Shown: positions 23,289 to 32,000 of the stretch, piece after piece
How the letters are laid out: every line of letters starts with the position of its first letter
Numbering within the stretch: position 1 is the stretch's first letter
Source of the DNA: Candidatus Acidiferrales bacterium
Lineage (GTDB): Bacteria > Acidobacteriota > Terriglobia > Acidiferrales > UBA7541
NCBI GenBank assembly: GCA_049644285.1
Contig: JBARRP010000064.1
Coordinates: 2,469-34,468 of the forward strand
DNA: 32,000 bases
Direction of reading: 5' to 3'
Program-made: the position numbers and the translations under genes
Notes under the pieces: model-generated
Seen by the model: the letters and a program-made list of their open reading frames with translations, nothing else
Database searches by the model: none
What the model was told of the DNA's origin: nothing

Positions 23289-25049
23289 ATGCGAGTGTGG
23301 CTGCGCTGTGCAGCCGCATTCATCTCCTTGATTGTGCCTTGCCGCGCGCTGGCACAAGCTGTAACGAAGGAGGCGTGCCCGCGCGAGGCGATCGGAAGCA
23401 TGGCTCCCGAGCCGGAAGATCTTCGCTGCGCGAACGGCGTGCTCAAGGTGGAGCTGACGTTCCGCAACTTCGTCGATTCGAGCGGGCAGGTGCGCTACTG
23501 CTACCTTGCCAAGGACGGCAGCCAGGCGCCCAATCTGCGCTTGCATCCAGGCGATCTGCTGATTCTCACGCTGAAAAACGAGTCAACCCTTCCCTCGACG
23601 CAACCCGCGCCGATGATGCCTGCGTCGGGGAAATCGATGGCCATGAACATGCCGTCTCCGTGCGGCGGTGGATCGATGACAGCGGCCTCGACCAACCTCC
23701 ACTTCCACGGAATCAATGTTCCGCCGGTTTGCCACCAGGACGACACGCTCAACACGCTGATTCAGCCCTCGGATGCGCCGTTTGAATACCGGTTCCGGAT
23801 TCCGAAGAGCCAGCCGCCCGGGCTGTATTGGTACCACCCTCATCCGCACGGGTGGAGCAAAGCGCAAGTCCTGGGAGGAGCTTCCGGGGCGCTGATCATC
23901 GAAGGCATCGAGCGGGCGAACCCGCAACTCGCCGGCCTGCCGGAGCGAGTGCTGATCGTTCGCGATCAGGAGCTGATGAACCCGAATGCGGAGCAGCCAC
24001 ACTCCGATAACCTGCCGGCCCTGGTGCTGCGGGACCGAAAAGGCGACATTCTCAATACGGGCACCGGCGGGGGCAAGCCGGCGAAAGATTTGTCGTTGAA
24101 TTTTGTTCCGGTGCCGTTTCCCACGTATCCCCCGGCCATCATCCGCATGAAGCCTTCGGAACGCCAATTGTGGCGCGTCCTCAATGCGTCGGCAATCACC
24201 TATCTGAATTTGCGGGTGTTGTTCGACGGCGCGCCGCAGCCGCTTGGAGTCGTCGCACTCGACGGCGTGCCCATTAACGAGGCCACCCGGGAAAGCACGG
24301 CGGCAAACAGCATACTTCCGGTGAGTCACGTCATCTTGCCGCCCGCCGGGCGAGTGGAATTTGTCCTGAAGGGGCCTCCCGCAGACGTTCCGGCAAGCCT
24401 GGTGACGCGGGGCGTTGATACAGGCCCCGCGGGTGAGAACGATCCGCTGCGCGCGCTGGCCTCGATTGAGACGTCGGCGGATGCGCCCGAACCGCGGTCG
24501 ACCCTGGCGGCGAATCCCGCGCCGCTGCCTGCCAAGGACGTGGCATGGCTCGGGAACGTACCGCCGGTGCGGCAGCGAAAATTGTACTTCTCCGAGCGGG
24601 CTCAGAACCCGAACGATCCGAACAGTCCTACCACGTTTTTCATCACCGTGGACGGCCAGACCCCAGCGGCGTTTGACCCGAAGTCGGGCGTGCCGAACAT
24701 CGTGGCACAGCAGGGTACCGTCGAGGATTGGGTCATCGAAAACCGTTCCCAGGAATTCCATGCATTTCACATCCACCAGGTGCATTTCCTCCTGAAAGAG
24801 TGGAATAAAAGGCTGGTGAACGAGCCCTTCCTGCGCGACACGGTCAACGTGGAATACTGGGACGGAAAGAACCCGCAATATCCGAGCGTCAAGCTGCGCA
24901 TGGATTTCCGCGACCCGAACATCGTGGGCACGTTCGTCTACCATTGCCACCTCCTGGAACACGAGGATGGCGGCATGATGGGAACGATCCGGGTGGAGCC
25001 GTCGACGCAACTATCGGCCGGCAATCGAACCGGTGAGGCAAAGGAATAG
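23289..25049 (+). CDS. Secreted multicopper oxidase (three-cupredoxin laccase/CopA-like)
   Basis: Signal peptide MRVWLRCAAAFISLIVPCRALAQA. Copper-site motifs: NLHFHGINV, WYHPHPHGW, HAFHIHQVHF, and HCHLLEHEDGGMMG. The start was chosen for GAGGA spacing; 23274 and 23280 are alternatives. Confidence 0.85.
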   Translation: MRVWLRCAAAFISLIVPCRALAQAVTKEACPREAIGSMAPEPEDLRCANGVLKVELTFRNFVDSSGQVRYCYLAKDGSQAPNLRLHPGDLLILTLKNESTLPSTQPAPMMPASGKSMAMNMPSPCGGGSMTAASTNLHFHGINVPPVCHQDDTLNTLIQPSDAPFEYRFRIPKSQPPGLYWYHPHPHGWSKAQVLGGASGALIIEGIERANPQLAGLPERVLIVRDQELMNPNAEQPHSDNLPALVLRDRKGDILNTGTGGGKPAKDLSLNFVPVPFPTYPPAIIRMKPSERQLWRVLNASAITYLNLRVLFDGAPQPLGVVALDGVPINEATRESTAANSILPVSHVILPPAGRVEFVLKGPPADVPASLVTRGVDTGPAGENDPLRALASIETSADAPEPRSTLAANPAPLPAKDVAWLGNVPPVRQRKLYFSERAQNPNDPNSPTTFFITVDGQTPAAFDPKSGVPNIVAQQGTVEDWVIENRSQEFHAFHIHQVHFLLKEWNKRLVNEPFLRDTVNVEYWDGKNPQYPSVKLRMDFRDPNIVGTFVYHCHLLEHEDGGMMGTIRVEPSTQLSAGNRTGEAKE

Positions 25050-25290
25050 GCCGCTGTTCTCCGATCTCTCCTCAAGAATTTTCTCTGCTCAACGCTCAGT
25101 TTTAACCATTCATTCATTCCAGACTAACAAGCGCGAGGTATTCACGCTGTGCGAGTCTCGCCGGAGAGCGAGTCCCTGGGGCCTCTGGTGCGCGTTGTCG
25201 CAGGCGAAAACGCATCACGAAACCTAGCGCGGGAGCGTCAAAGACCTAACAACCGACTCCGGACAGAGCCTTAGCTCAAGGAGAGAGTGA

Positions 25291-26943
25291 ATGATGAACA
25301 GCAAGCACCCGTGGCCTCTTCGCGCCCTGGCGATGGTCGCCGTGTTCTCGGTCGTCGTTTCAACGCCGGCGGGCGTTTGGGCGCAACATGCGCAGACAAA
25401 AAAAGAGCTGGCCAAGCTGGATCCGGAACTACCTACCGACAGTCCGATCAAGCACCTCGTCGTGATCTTCGATGAGAACATCTCCTTCGACCACTACTTC
25501 GGGACCTATCCACATGCGCAGAATCCGCCGGGCGAAACCGCCTTTCATGCGAACGCCAACACGCCCACAGTGAATAATCTGCTTTCCGCCGGACTTCTCG
25601 GCCACAATCCCAATTCCGTCAATCCATTCCGGCTCCCTCCCGCAGACGCGGTCACCTGCGACCAGGATCACAATTACGGTGACGAGCAGAAAGCCTTCGA
25701 TGCGGGCTTGATGGACAAATTTCCAGAGTCCACGGGCACCGGCAGCACCACGAGTTCCCCTTGTAACGACGTGGGAATGGGCACCGGGATCGTGATGGGC
25801 TACTACGACGGCAACACGGTAACGGCTATTTGGAACTACGCCCAATACTTCGCCATGAGCGACAATTCCTACAGCACGACCTTTGGTCCCTCCACGCCCG
25901 GCGCAATCAACCTGATTTCGGGAAACACATTTGGAGCAACGCTCGAGCCGGCCGCGAACGGCAGCAAGAGCAATCCGCTCGGCAACATCGGCAACGACGT
26001 CGACACAGGAGCTGTCATCGGCGATCCGCGGCCCTTTTTCGACGATTGCGTTGCGACGATCCCGGGCCTCAGTTCGAAGGCGCGGATCATGATGAGCGGG
26101 AAGAATATCGGAGACCTGTTGAGTACCCAGGGCATCACTTGGGGCTGGTTCCAGGGCGGCTTCCGCCCCACGTCCACCAATGCGAAGAAGCAGGCGGTCT
26201 GCGGATCCACGCACGTCGGCCTGGCTGGGACAATCGTTGACTACGTGCCCCACCATGAGCCGTTTCAGTACTACCAGCTAACAAGCAACCCGCATCACCT
26301 TCCGCCCACTTCGGTGAGCGCCATCGGAGCGAGTGACCAAGCGAATCACCAATATGACCTGGTGGATTTCTTTGCGGCTCTAAAGGCCGGCAATCTGCCT
26401 GCGGTGAGCTTCCTGAAGGCGGCGGCCTATCAGGACGGCCACCCGGGGAATTCCGATCCGCTGGACGAGCAGGTCTGGCTGGTCAGCACGATCACCAAGC
26501 TCGAGAACTCCCAGGAATGGAAGGAAACAGCGGTGGTCATCCTGTATGACGATTCGGACGGATGGTACGACCACGCCATGAGCCCGATCATCGATCAGGC
26601 CGACGTCTCCGACGATAACTTGAAAGCGCCGGGAAGCTGCGGCGTTGCCAAGCCGATCGATTTACAGGGCGACCTTCAAAACGGCCGCTGTGGCTACGGT
26701 CCGCGCCAGCCCCTGCTGCTGATCTCCCCATTCGCAAAGCAGAACTTTGTCGACCACTCCATTACTGACCAGTCTTCGGTCACCCGCTTTATTGAGGACA
26801 ACTGGGGCCTGCCGAGGCTTGGCAACGGTTCGACAGATGCTCGGGCAGGTTCGTTGCTGAACCTGTTCGACTTTAGTCAGGAAGGAACGCACAAGGTCTT
26901 CCTCGATCCCTCCACCGGACAAGTAGTCAAGACAGAGGAATAG
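25291..26943 (+). CDS. Phosphoesterase family protein (AcpA-type acid phosphatase / non-haemolytic phospholipase C family), secreted
   Basis: It has a signal peptide. IKHLVVIFDENISFDHYFGTYP is the hallmark N-terminal block of the PF04185-type phosphoesterases. AAGGAGAGAG SD is present. Confidence 0.8.
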   Translation: MMNSKHPWPLRALAMVAVFSVVVSTPAGVWAQHAQTKKELAKLDPELPTDSPIKHLVVIFDENISFDHYFGTYPHAQNPPGETAFHANANTPTVNNLLSAGLLGHNPNSVNPFRLPPADAVTCDQDHNYGDEQKAFDAGLMDKFPESTGTGSTTSSPCNDVGMGTGIVMGYYDGNTVTAIWNYAQYFAMSDNSYSTTFGPSTPGAINLISGNTFGATLEPAANGSKSNPLGNIGNDVDTGAVIGDPRPFFDDCVATIPGLSSKARIMMSGKNIGDLLSTQGITWGWFQGGFRPTSTNAKKQAVCGSTHVGLAGTIVDYVPHHEPFQYYQLTSNPHHLPPTSVSAIGASDQANHQYDLVDFFAALKAGNLPAVSFLKAAAYQDGHPGNSDPLDEQVWLVSTITKLENSQEWKETAVVILYDDSDGWYDHAMSPIIDQADVSDDNLKAPGSCGVAKPIDLQGDLQNGRCGYGPRQPLLLISPFAKQNFVDHSITDQSSVTRFIEDNWGLPRLGNGSTDARAGSLLNLFDFSQEGTHKVFLDPSTGQVVKTEE

Positions 26944-26988
26944 CGCCCCCTCTTCTTGTCCCGGTGCTCTACCCCGCCGCACGCCCCC

Positions 26989-27028
26989 GGGCCTGTTCGA
27001 ATCCCCTCGAACGGGCCCGCCCCTTTTT
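26989..27028 (+). terminator. Rho-independent terminator after the phosphoesterase gene
   Basis: GGGCCTGTTCGA (26989-27000) pairs with TCGAACGGGCCC (27007-27018) as a 12-bp stem with one G.T pair and loop ATCCCC. It is followed by GCCCCTTTTT. Confidence 0.75.
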
Positions 27029-27237
27029 CCAGAAGCTGCCGCGGTTTCCCTCTGAGCACTTGACAGCCTGCTCGGAACGCGCTACCAGAATTACATCGCC
27101 GACGGTCGCCAACTCGAGGCCTTCCTCACGGAGAAATCTGTGTGGCCGAACGCGGGGCACTCCGAGCCGTCTCGCGAATCGGCGCGCGGTCAGACTTTTT
27201 CCGCAAAGTGTGCAGCGGCGACGCACAAAAACTATTT

Positions 27238-29517
27238 ATGAGACATGTCCTGGACGGGAGGAAGAACCGCGCGCATTGGGTGAGCCTGATTCCTTACGGG
27301 CTGAACCAGCAGCACCCCAACGCGTATAAGGACATCGTCACCACGATCTGGGAAAACCGCGACAACCTCGCTTATGCCTACCGGATTCTGCGCGATGGGT
27401 GCTGCGATGGCTGCGCGCTGGGCACAACCGGGATGCACGACTGGACCATGGAGGGCATCCACCTGTGCGCCGTGCGTTTGCAGCTCCTGCGCTTGAACAC
27501 GATGCCGGCGATGGATTGGCGGCGGCTGGAGAACGTCGCTGCGTTGCGGGAAATGTCCGGCGGCGAGTTGCGCGATCTGGGGCGGCTGGTGGCGCCGATG
27601 GTTCGCCGGCGCGGGGAGAGGGGATTTCGGCGGGTCACGTGGGATGAAGCGATTTCGCAGGTTGCGCAAAGCCTTCGCGCGATCGACCCGCATCGCATCG
27701 GCTGGTATGTGACTTCGCGAGGCCTGACCAACGAAGCCTACTATGCGCATCAGAAGGTGGCGCGCTTCTTCGGCACGAATCACGTCGATACTAGCGCCCG
27801 GGTGTGCCACGCGCCCAGCACCGCGGCTCTGAGCGCGACTGTCGGCTGCGCCGCGACCACGTGCTCTTACTCCGATTGGATTGGCGCCGATCTGCTGATC
27901 TTTGTGGGCTCGAATATCGCCAACAATCAGCCGGTGGCGACGAAATATCTCTATTACGCGCGCAAAGCGGGAACGAAAGTCTTTGTCGTCAATCCCTACA
28001 TCGAGCCTGGACTCGAACGCTACTGGGTCCCTTCGGTTAGCGAGAGCGCGCTATTCGGGACGCGCTTCACGGATGACTTCTTCCAGATTCACGCGGGCGG
28101 CGACATCCCATTTTTCTACGGCGTCCTGAAGCACCTGATCGAGAGCGATTGGGTGGATCGCGAATTCATTGCCGAGCGCACTTCCGGATGGGATGAACTG
28201 GAGGCGAAGACGCGCGACTATTCCTGGGAAGAGCTGGAGCGCGGCTCGGGACTTTCGCGCGCGGAGATGTTTCGCTTCGCTGAAGCCTTCGGCCAAGCGC
28301 GCCACGCCATCATCGTCTGGAGCATGGGGATCACGCAGCACCGCTATGGCAGCGATAACGTCCGAGCGATCGTCAATCTTCAACTCGCGCGAGGGAATGT
28401 GGGCCGCCCTCACACCGGGTTGATGCCGATCCGGGGTCATAGCGGGGTGCAGGGCGGCGCCGAAATGGGGGCGATGCCTTCCGCGTATGTGATGGGGTAC
28501 CCGGTCAACAAAGAGAATGCGCGGCGCTTTGCGGCACCCGAGTGGTGGGGATTCGAGCCGCCCGCTTGGAAGGGAAAGAGCGCCACGCAGACGCTGATGG
28601 CCGCGGAGCGAGGCGAGATCGACGCGCTGTGGCAATCGGGCGGAAATTTTCTGGAAACGCTGCCGGAGCCGGGGCGCATGGCGACCGCTGTTCGCAATAT
28701 CGGGCTGCGCGTCCATCAGGACATCGTGGTCAGCTCGAACATGCTGGTGGAACCTGCCGATACCGTCGTGCTGCTGCCCACGCGCACCCGCTACGAGCAG
28801 CGCGGCGGCGGCACAGAAACCTCGACCGAACGCCGCGTCATTTATAGTCCCGAGATCCCCGGGCCTCGTCCCGGCGAGGCTCGCGACGAATGGGAGATAC
28901 CGGTTCTGGTGGCCCGGTACGCCGACCCGGAGCGCGCTGCGAAAGCCTTTCCGTGGCGCGACACTCAGGATATCCGTGACGAAATCGATCGCGTCTGCCC
29001 AACCTACAAGGGAATCGCCGCGCTGCGCAATAAGGGTGACAATTTCCAGTATGGCGGGCCTCACCTCCTCAGCGATCGCTTCCTGACCGCTGACGGCAAG
29101 GGCTGTTTCTCCGCCATCGAGCTTCCCGGCGAAGAAGTGCCACCCGGGCGCTTTTTGCTTTCGACGCGCCGCGGGAAGCAGTTCAACTCCATGGTGTACT
29201 CGGATGTCGATGCGCTGACTGGCCTGCGACGCGATGACATCCTGATGGCAGCCGAAGATGCCGAGTGGCTGGAGATCGAGGATGGCGATCCAATTCTCCT
29301 CCGCAACGATCGCGGAGAGTTTCGTGGCCGCGCGCGAATTGATCGCATCAAGCCCGGATGTCTTCAGGGTCATTGGCCGGAGCTGAATGTGCTCGTCCCG
29401 GCCGGGTGCCTCGATCCGAGCGGCGTGCCCGACTACAATGCCATCGTCGAAGTTGTGCCGCTGGGTCCCGAGGCCGCGCCGGTGCTGACGCCCGCCGCCG
29501 AAGGCGCCGCCATTTAG
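27238..29517 (+). CDS. FdhF/YdeP family molybdopterin oxidoreductase
   Basis: About 760 aa from ATG 27238. HWVSLIPYGLNQQHPNAYKD and the CDGCALG cluster typical of YdeP are followed by MopB-type catalytic and C-terminal molybdopterin dinucleotide-binding regions. It is followed by fdhD. Confidence 0.8.
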   Translation: MRHVLDGRKNRAHWVSLIPYGLNQQHPNAYKDIVTTIWENRDNLAYAYRILRDGCCDGCALGTTGMHDWTMEGIHLCAVRLQLLRLNTMPAMDWRRLENVAALREMSGGELRDLGRLVAPMVRRRGERGFRRVTWDEAISQVAQSLRAIDPHRIGWYVTSRGLTNEAYYAHQKVARFFGTNHVDTSARVCHAPSTAALSATVGCAATTCSYSDWIGADLLIFVGSNIANNQPVATKYLYYARKAGTKVFVVNPYIEPGLERYWVPSVSESALFGTRFTDDFFQIHAGGDIPFFYGVLKHLIESDWVDREFIAERTSGWDELEAKTRDYSWEELERGSGLSRAEMFRFAEAFGQARHAIIVWSMGITQHRYGSDNVRAIVNLQLARGNVGRPHTGLMPIRGHSGVQGGAEMGAMPSAYVMGYPVNKENARRFAAPEWWGFEPPAWKGKSATQTLMAAERGEIDALWQSGGNFLETLPEPGRMATAVRNIGLRVHQDIVVSSNMLVEPADTVVLLPTRTRYEQRGGGTETSTERRVIYSPEIPGPRPGEARDEWEIPVLVARYADPERAAKAFPWRDTQDIRDEIDRVCPTYKGIAALRNKGDNFQYGGPHLLSDRFLTADGKGCFSAIELPGEEVPPGRFLLSTRRGKQFNSMVYSDVDALTGLRRDDILMAAEDAEWLEIEDGDPILLRNDRGEFRGRARIDRIKPGCLQGHWPELNVLVPAGCLDPSGVPDYNAIVEVVPLGPEAAPVLTPAAEGAAI

Positions 29518-29529
29518 GAGCCGTCGACT

Positions 29530-30354
29530 TTGCCCCCAAAACCACCTCGGAGTGTTGACCTGACTCTCGTCTCCGAATGGAACGACGGCGAGATGCGCCG
29601 GCTCCAGGATTCGCTCGTCGGTGAAGAGCCGCTCGAAATCCGCGTCGGAAAACATCCGCTGAGCGTGACGATGCGAACCCCGGGGAACGACCTGGAGCTT
29701 GCTGCGGGATTCCTTTTCACTGAAGGGCTGATTCAACACCGCGAGCAGATTCTTTCTTTGGAATATGCCGCTGATACGCAACAAGGAGGCCGCGGGAATG
29801 TCGTCGAGGTCGAGCTGCGGCCCGATGTGACGCTCGACTTGGAGCGAACGCAGCGGAATTTCTTTGCGGCCTCGAGCTGCGGAATCTGTGGCAAAGCCTC
29901 GATTGACTCGGTGCGCTCACGGCTCCTGCAGCCGCCCAATGCGAATTTTCGCGTCAACCCGGATACCCTTTGCCGGATGCCCGATGCGCTGCGCTCGTCG
30001 CAGGCGATCTTTGGCCGAACGGGCGGCCTGCATGCCGCCGCGCTCTTTGATGCGCGAGGAGAATTGATCGTCCTGCGGGAAGACGTGGGGCGGCACAACG
30101 CGGTGGACAAGGTCGTGGGCTGGGCGCTTCTCGGCAATCGCTTGCCCCTCGGCGAGACGGTTCTGATGGTGAGCGGCCGCGGCGGTTTCGAAATCATTCA
30201 GAAGGCAATCGTGGCGGGAGTTCCGGTGGTGGCTTCGGTCTCCGCGCCTTCGAGTCTTGCAGTGCAGCTTGCGCGCGAGCTTGGCCTGACGCTTATTGGC
30301 TTCCTCCGGGGAAAACGATTCGTGGTTTACGCGGGCGAGTCCCGCCTCACTTAG
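29530..30354 (+). CDS. fdhD: Formate dehydrogenase accessory sulfurtransferase FdhD
   Basis: 274 aa with EEPLEIRV, MRTPGNDLELAAGFLFTEG, SSCGICGKASID, GGLHAAALF and GRHNAVDK. AGGAG SD lies 10 nt before TTG 29530. Confidence 0.85.
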   Translation: MPPKPPRSVDLTLVSEWNDGEMRRLQDSLVGEEPLEIRVGKHPLSVTMRTPGNDLELAAGFLFTEGLIQHREQILSLEYAADTQQGGRGNVVEVELRPDVTLDLERTQRNFFAASSCGICGKASIDSVRSRLLQPPNANFRVNPDTLCRMPDALRSSQAIFGRTGGLHAAALFDARGELIVLREDVGRHNAVDKVVGWALLGNRLPLGETVLMVSGRGGFEIIQKAIVAGVPVVASVSAPSSLAVQLARELGLTLIGFLRGKRFVVYAGESRLT

Positions 30355-30459
30355 CTTTCTGTTGTGCGACAATGCCTAGTTCCGTAGGCGCGGTCCGAAC
30401 GGGTTGGAGTCTTCGATCTCGATGCCACCCTACGAATCTTGGTGGTGAAAGGTTTCAGC

Positions 30460-31929
30460 ATGCCTCTGAGGACCCAAATGAAGCGATCTCTTTCTGAGGA
30501 ACTGATTCGCGAAATCGCGGCGCCGCTCAAAGAAGCGCACAAAGCATTTGCGCTGCGTTATCCCGGTCCAAACAATCAGCGCCAGCCGGTGCACACCGTT
30601 TACGGCGGCGCGCACCTGTTTCACGCCGACACCGCACGGCGTCTTGGCGACAAGGCACTGCTGGCTCTCGAGGAGTTTGCCCCGAACTTTGCCATCTTCG
30701 CGAAAGCGATCGGCTTGCCGGGCTCACAGGATTTGCCAGACTCGCCAGAAGAAGCGGAGCGCCTGGAAAAATACATCGAATCCGATCCGGAAACGTTTCG
30801 GAAGGAAAGCAAATCCGCCTGGCTGGCGCTGACAGTCTACGGCCGGGTGCGGGAAAAACTGCGGCGCGAACCGGTGGAGGACTTCCGAATCGATTTCGAA
30901 GACGGCTACGGCAACCGTCCCGACGCCGAAGAGGATGGCCATGCCGCCGCGGCTGCTGCTCAAGTTGCCGAGGGAATGCACGCGGGCTCGCTACCTCCGT
31001 TCATCGGCATGCGGATCAAGCCTTTCAACGAAGAGCTGCGCGAGAGGAGCATTCGCACTCTCGATATCTTCCTGACGGAGTTGGCGTCGCGCACCCACGA
31101 GAAGCTACCGAAGAATTTCTATGTCACGCTTCCGAAGGTGACCCTGCCGGATGAGGTCAGCGTGCTGGCCGATCTGCTCTCGCGACTCGAGCCCGAGCTC
31201 GATCAAAAACCAGGGACGCTGCGGATGGAGCTGATGATCGAGACACCGCAATCGATTTTGAACGAGCGGGGCGAATCGAACTTGCCTGCGCTGGTGGCGG
31301 CGGCGCGCGGGCGGTGCGTGGCCGCGCACTTCGGCACCTATGACTACACCGCCGGCTGTAACATCACGGCGGAGCATCAAACCATGACTCATCCGGCGTG
31401 CGATTTCGCGCGCGAGATGATGCAGGTGGCGCTGGCCGGGACCGGCGTGTGGCTGTCGGATGGAGCGACCAACATTCTGCCGGTGGCGCCGCACCGGGCG
31501 GCGAAGGGTGAAGCGCCGCTCACCACCTCGCAATTTGCGGAGAATTGCGCCGCGGTACACCGCGCCTGGAAGTTGCAGTTCGAGCATATCCGGCATTCGC
31601 TCGTCAACGCCTTCTATCAGGGCTGGGACCTGCACCCGGCGCAACTTCCCACACGGTACGCCGCGGTCTACTCCTTCTTCCTCGAGGGGCTGGAGGCTGC
31701 GTCCGAGCGTCTGAAGAACTTCATTGACAAAGCGGCGCAGGCCACTCTCGTCGGCGAAGTCTTCGACGATGCGGCGACCGGGCAGGGACTGCTGAACTAT
31801 TTTCTGCGCGCCATCAATTGCGGCGCGATCGCCGCGGAAGAGGCGCTGCCCCTCACCGGCCTCACCCTCGAAGAGCTTCGCTCCGGCTCATTCGTGAAGA
31901 TTCTCGACCACCGCTCAAAGCAAACGTAA
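30460..31929 (+). CDS. HpcH/HpaI aldolase / citrate-lyase-beta-like TIM-barrel family protein (function unknown)
   Basis: About 489 aa with RQPVHTVYGGAHLF and FRIDFEDGYG (a DxED-type metal/substrate motif like citrate-lyase beta/malyl-CoA lyase), and LMIETPQSIL. The family assignment comes from motif memory only. Confidence 0.5.
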   Translation: MPLRTQMKRSLSEELIREIAAPLKEAHKAFALRYPGPNNQRQPVHTVYGGAHLFHADTARRLGDKALLALEEFAPNFAIFAKAIGLPGSQDLPDSPEEAERLEKYIESDPETFRKESKSAWLALTVYGRVREKLRREPVEDFRIDFEDGYGNRPDAEEDGHAAAAAAQVAEGMHAGSLPPFIGMRIKPFNEELRERSIRTLDIFLTELASRTHEKLPKNFYVTLPKVTLPDEVSVLADLLSRLEPELDQKPGTLRMELMIETPQSILNERGESNLPALVAAARGRCVAAHFGTYDYTAGCNITAEHQTMTHPACDFAREMMQVALAGTGVWLSDGATNILPVAPHRAAKGEAPLTTSQFAENCAAVHRAWKLQFEHIRHSLVNAFYQGWDLHPAQLPTRYAAVYSFFLEGLEAASERLKNFIDKAAQATLVGEVFDDAATGQGLLNYFLRAINCGAIAAEEALPLTGLTLEELRSGSFVKILDHRSKQT

Positions 31930-32000
31930 GCGTCGGATGGACAAACGCGAGGCGCCTGAATTGTCGCTCGCGCATCGACGGTTTGCGCACCGAAGCAGCG

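Overview
High-GC (about 60% by eye) bacterial chromosomal segment. The gene content (S53 sedolisin, CHAD, DUF2252, DUF4440, GCPII-like M28 peptidase) fits an Acidobacteria-like soil organism; that is inference only. I support about 27 protein genes. In order: a class IV aminotransferase (5' truncated), pterin-4a-carbinolamine dehydratase, a kumamolisin-like protease, a translationally coupled MATE+MFS efflux pair, an M28/PA peptidase, a class III aminotransferase, a secreted DUF4440 protein and a PilZ protein. Next comes a polyphosphate/phosphotransfer neighbourhood: DUF2252, CHAD-HD, SixA, Ppx/GppA, two thymidylate-kinase-fold paralogs and PPK2. The rest are two tandem Phd/YefM-VapC(PIN) toxin-antitoxin pairs with recognisable promoters/operators, a multicopper oxidase, an AcpA-type phosphoesterase, YdeP/FdhF-family molybdoenzyme + FdhD, and an HpcH/citrate-lyase-like protein. 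Two things deserve most attention. (1) A ~2.4 kb ORF-poor gap (12016-14433) holds two families of diverged tandem repeats. One is a ~213-nt element present twice, plus a truncated third copy. Each copy ends in a hairpin + T-tract on the + strand and its substitutions are incompatible with coding, so these are candidate tandem structured sRNA genes. (2) In the tightly packed polyP cluster, an operon encodes two Tmk-fold kinases ahead of Ppx and SixA. One of the two carries a Walker-A Lys->Arg change. No rRNA, tRNA, transposase or genuine CRISPR array was seen. All homology calls come from motif recognition by eye, not database searches.
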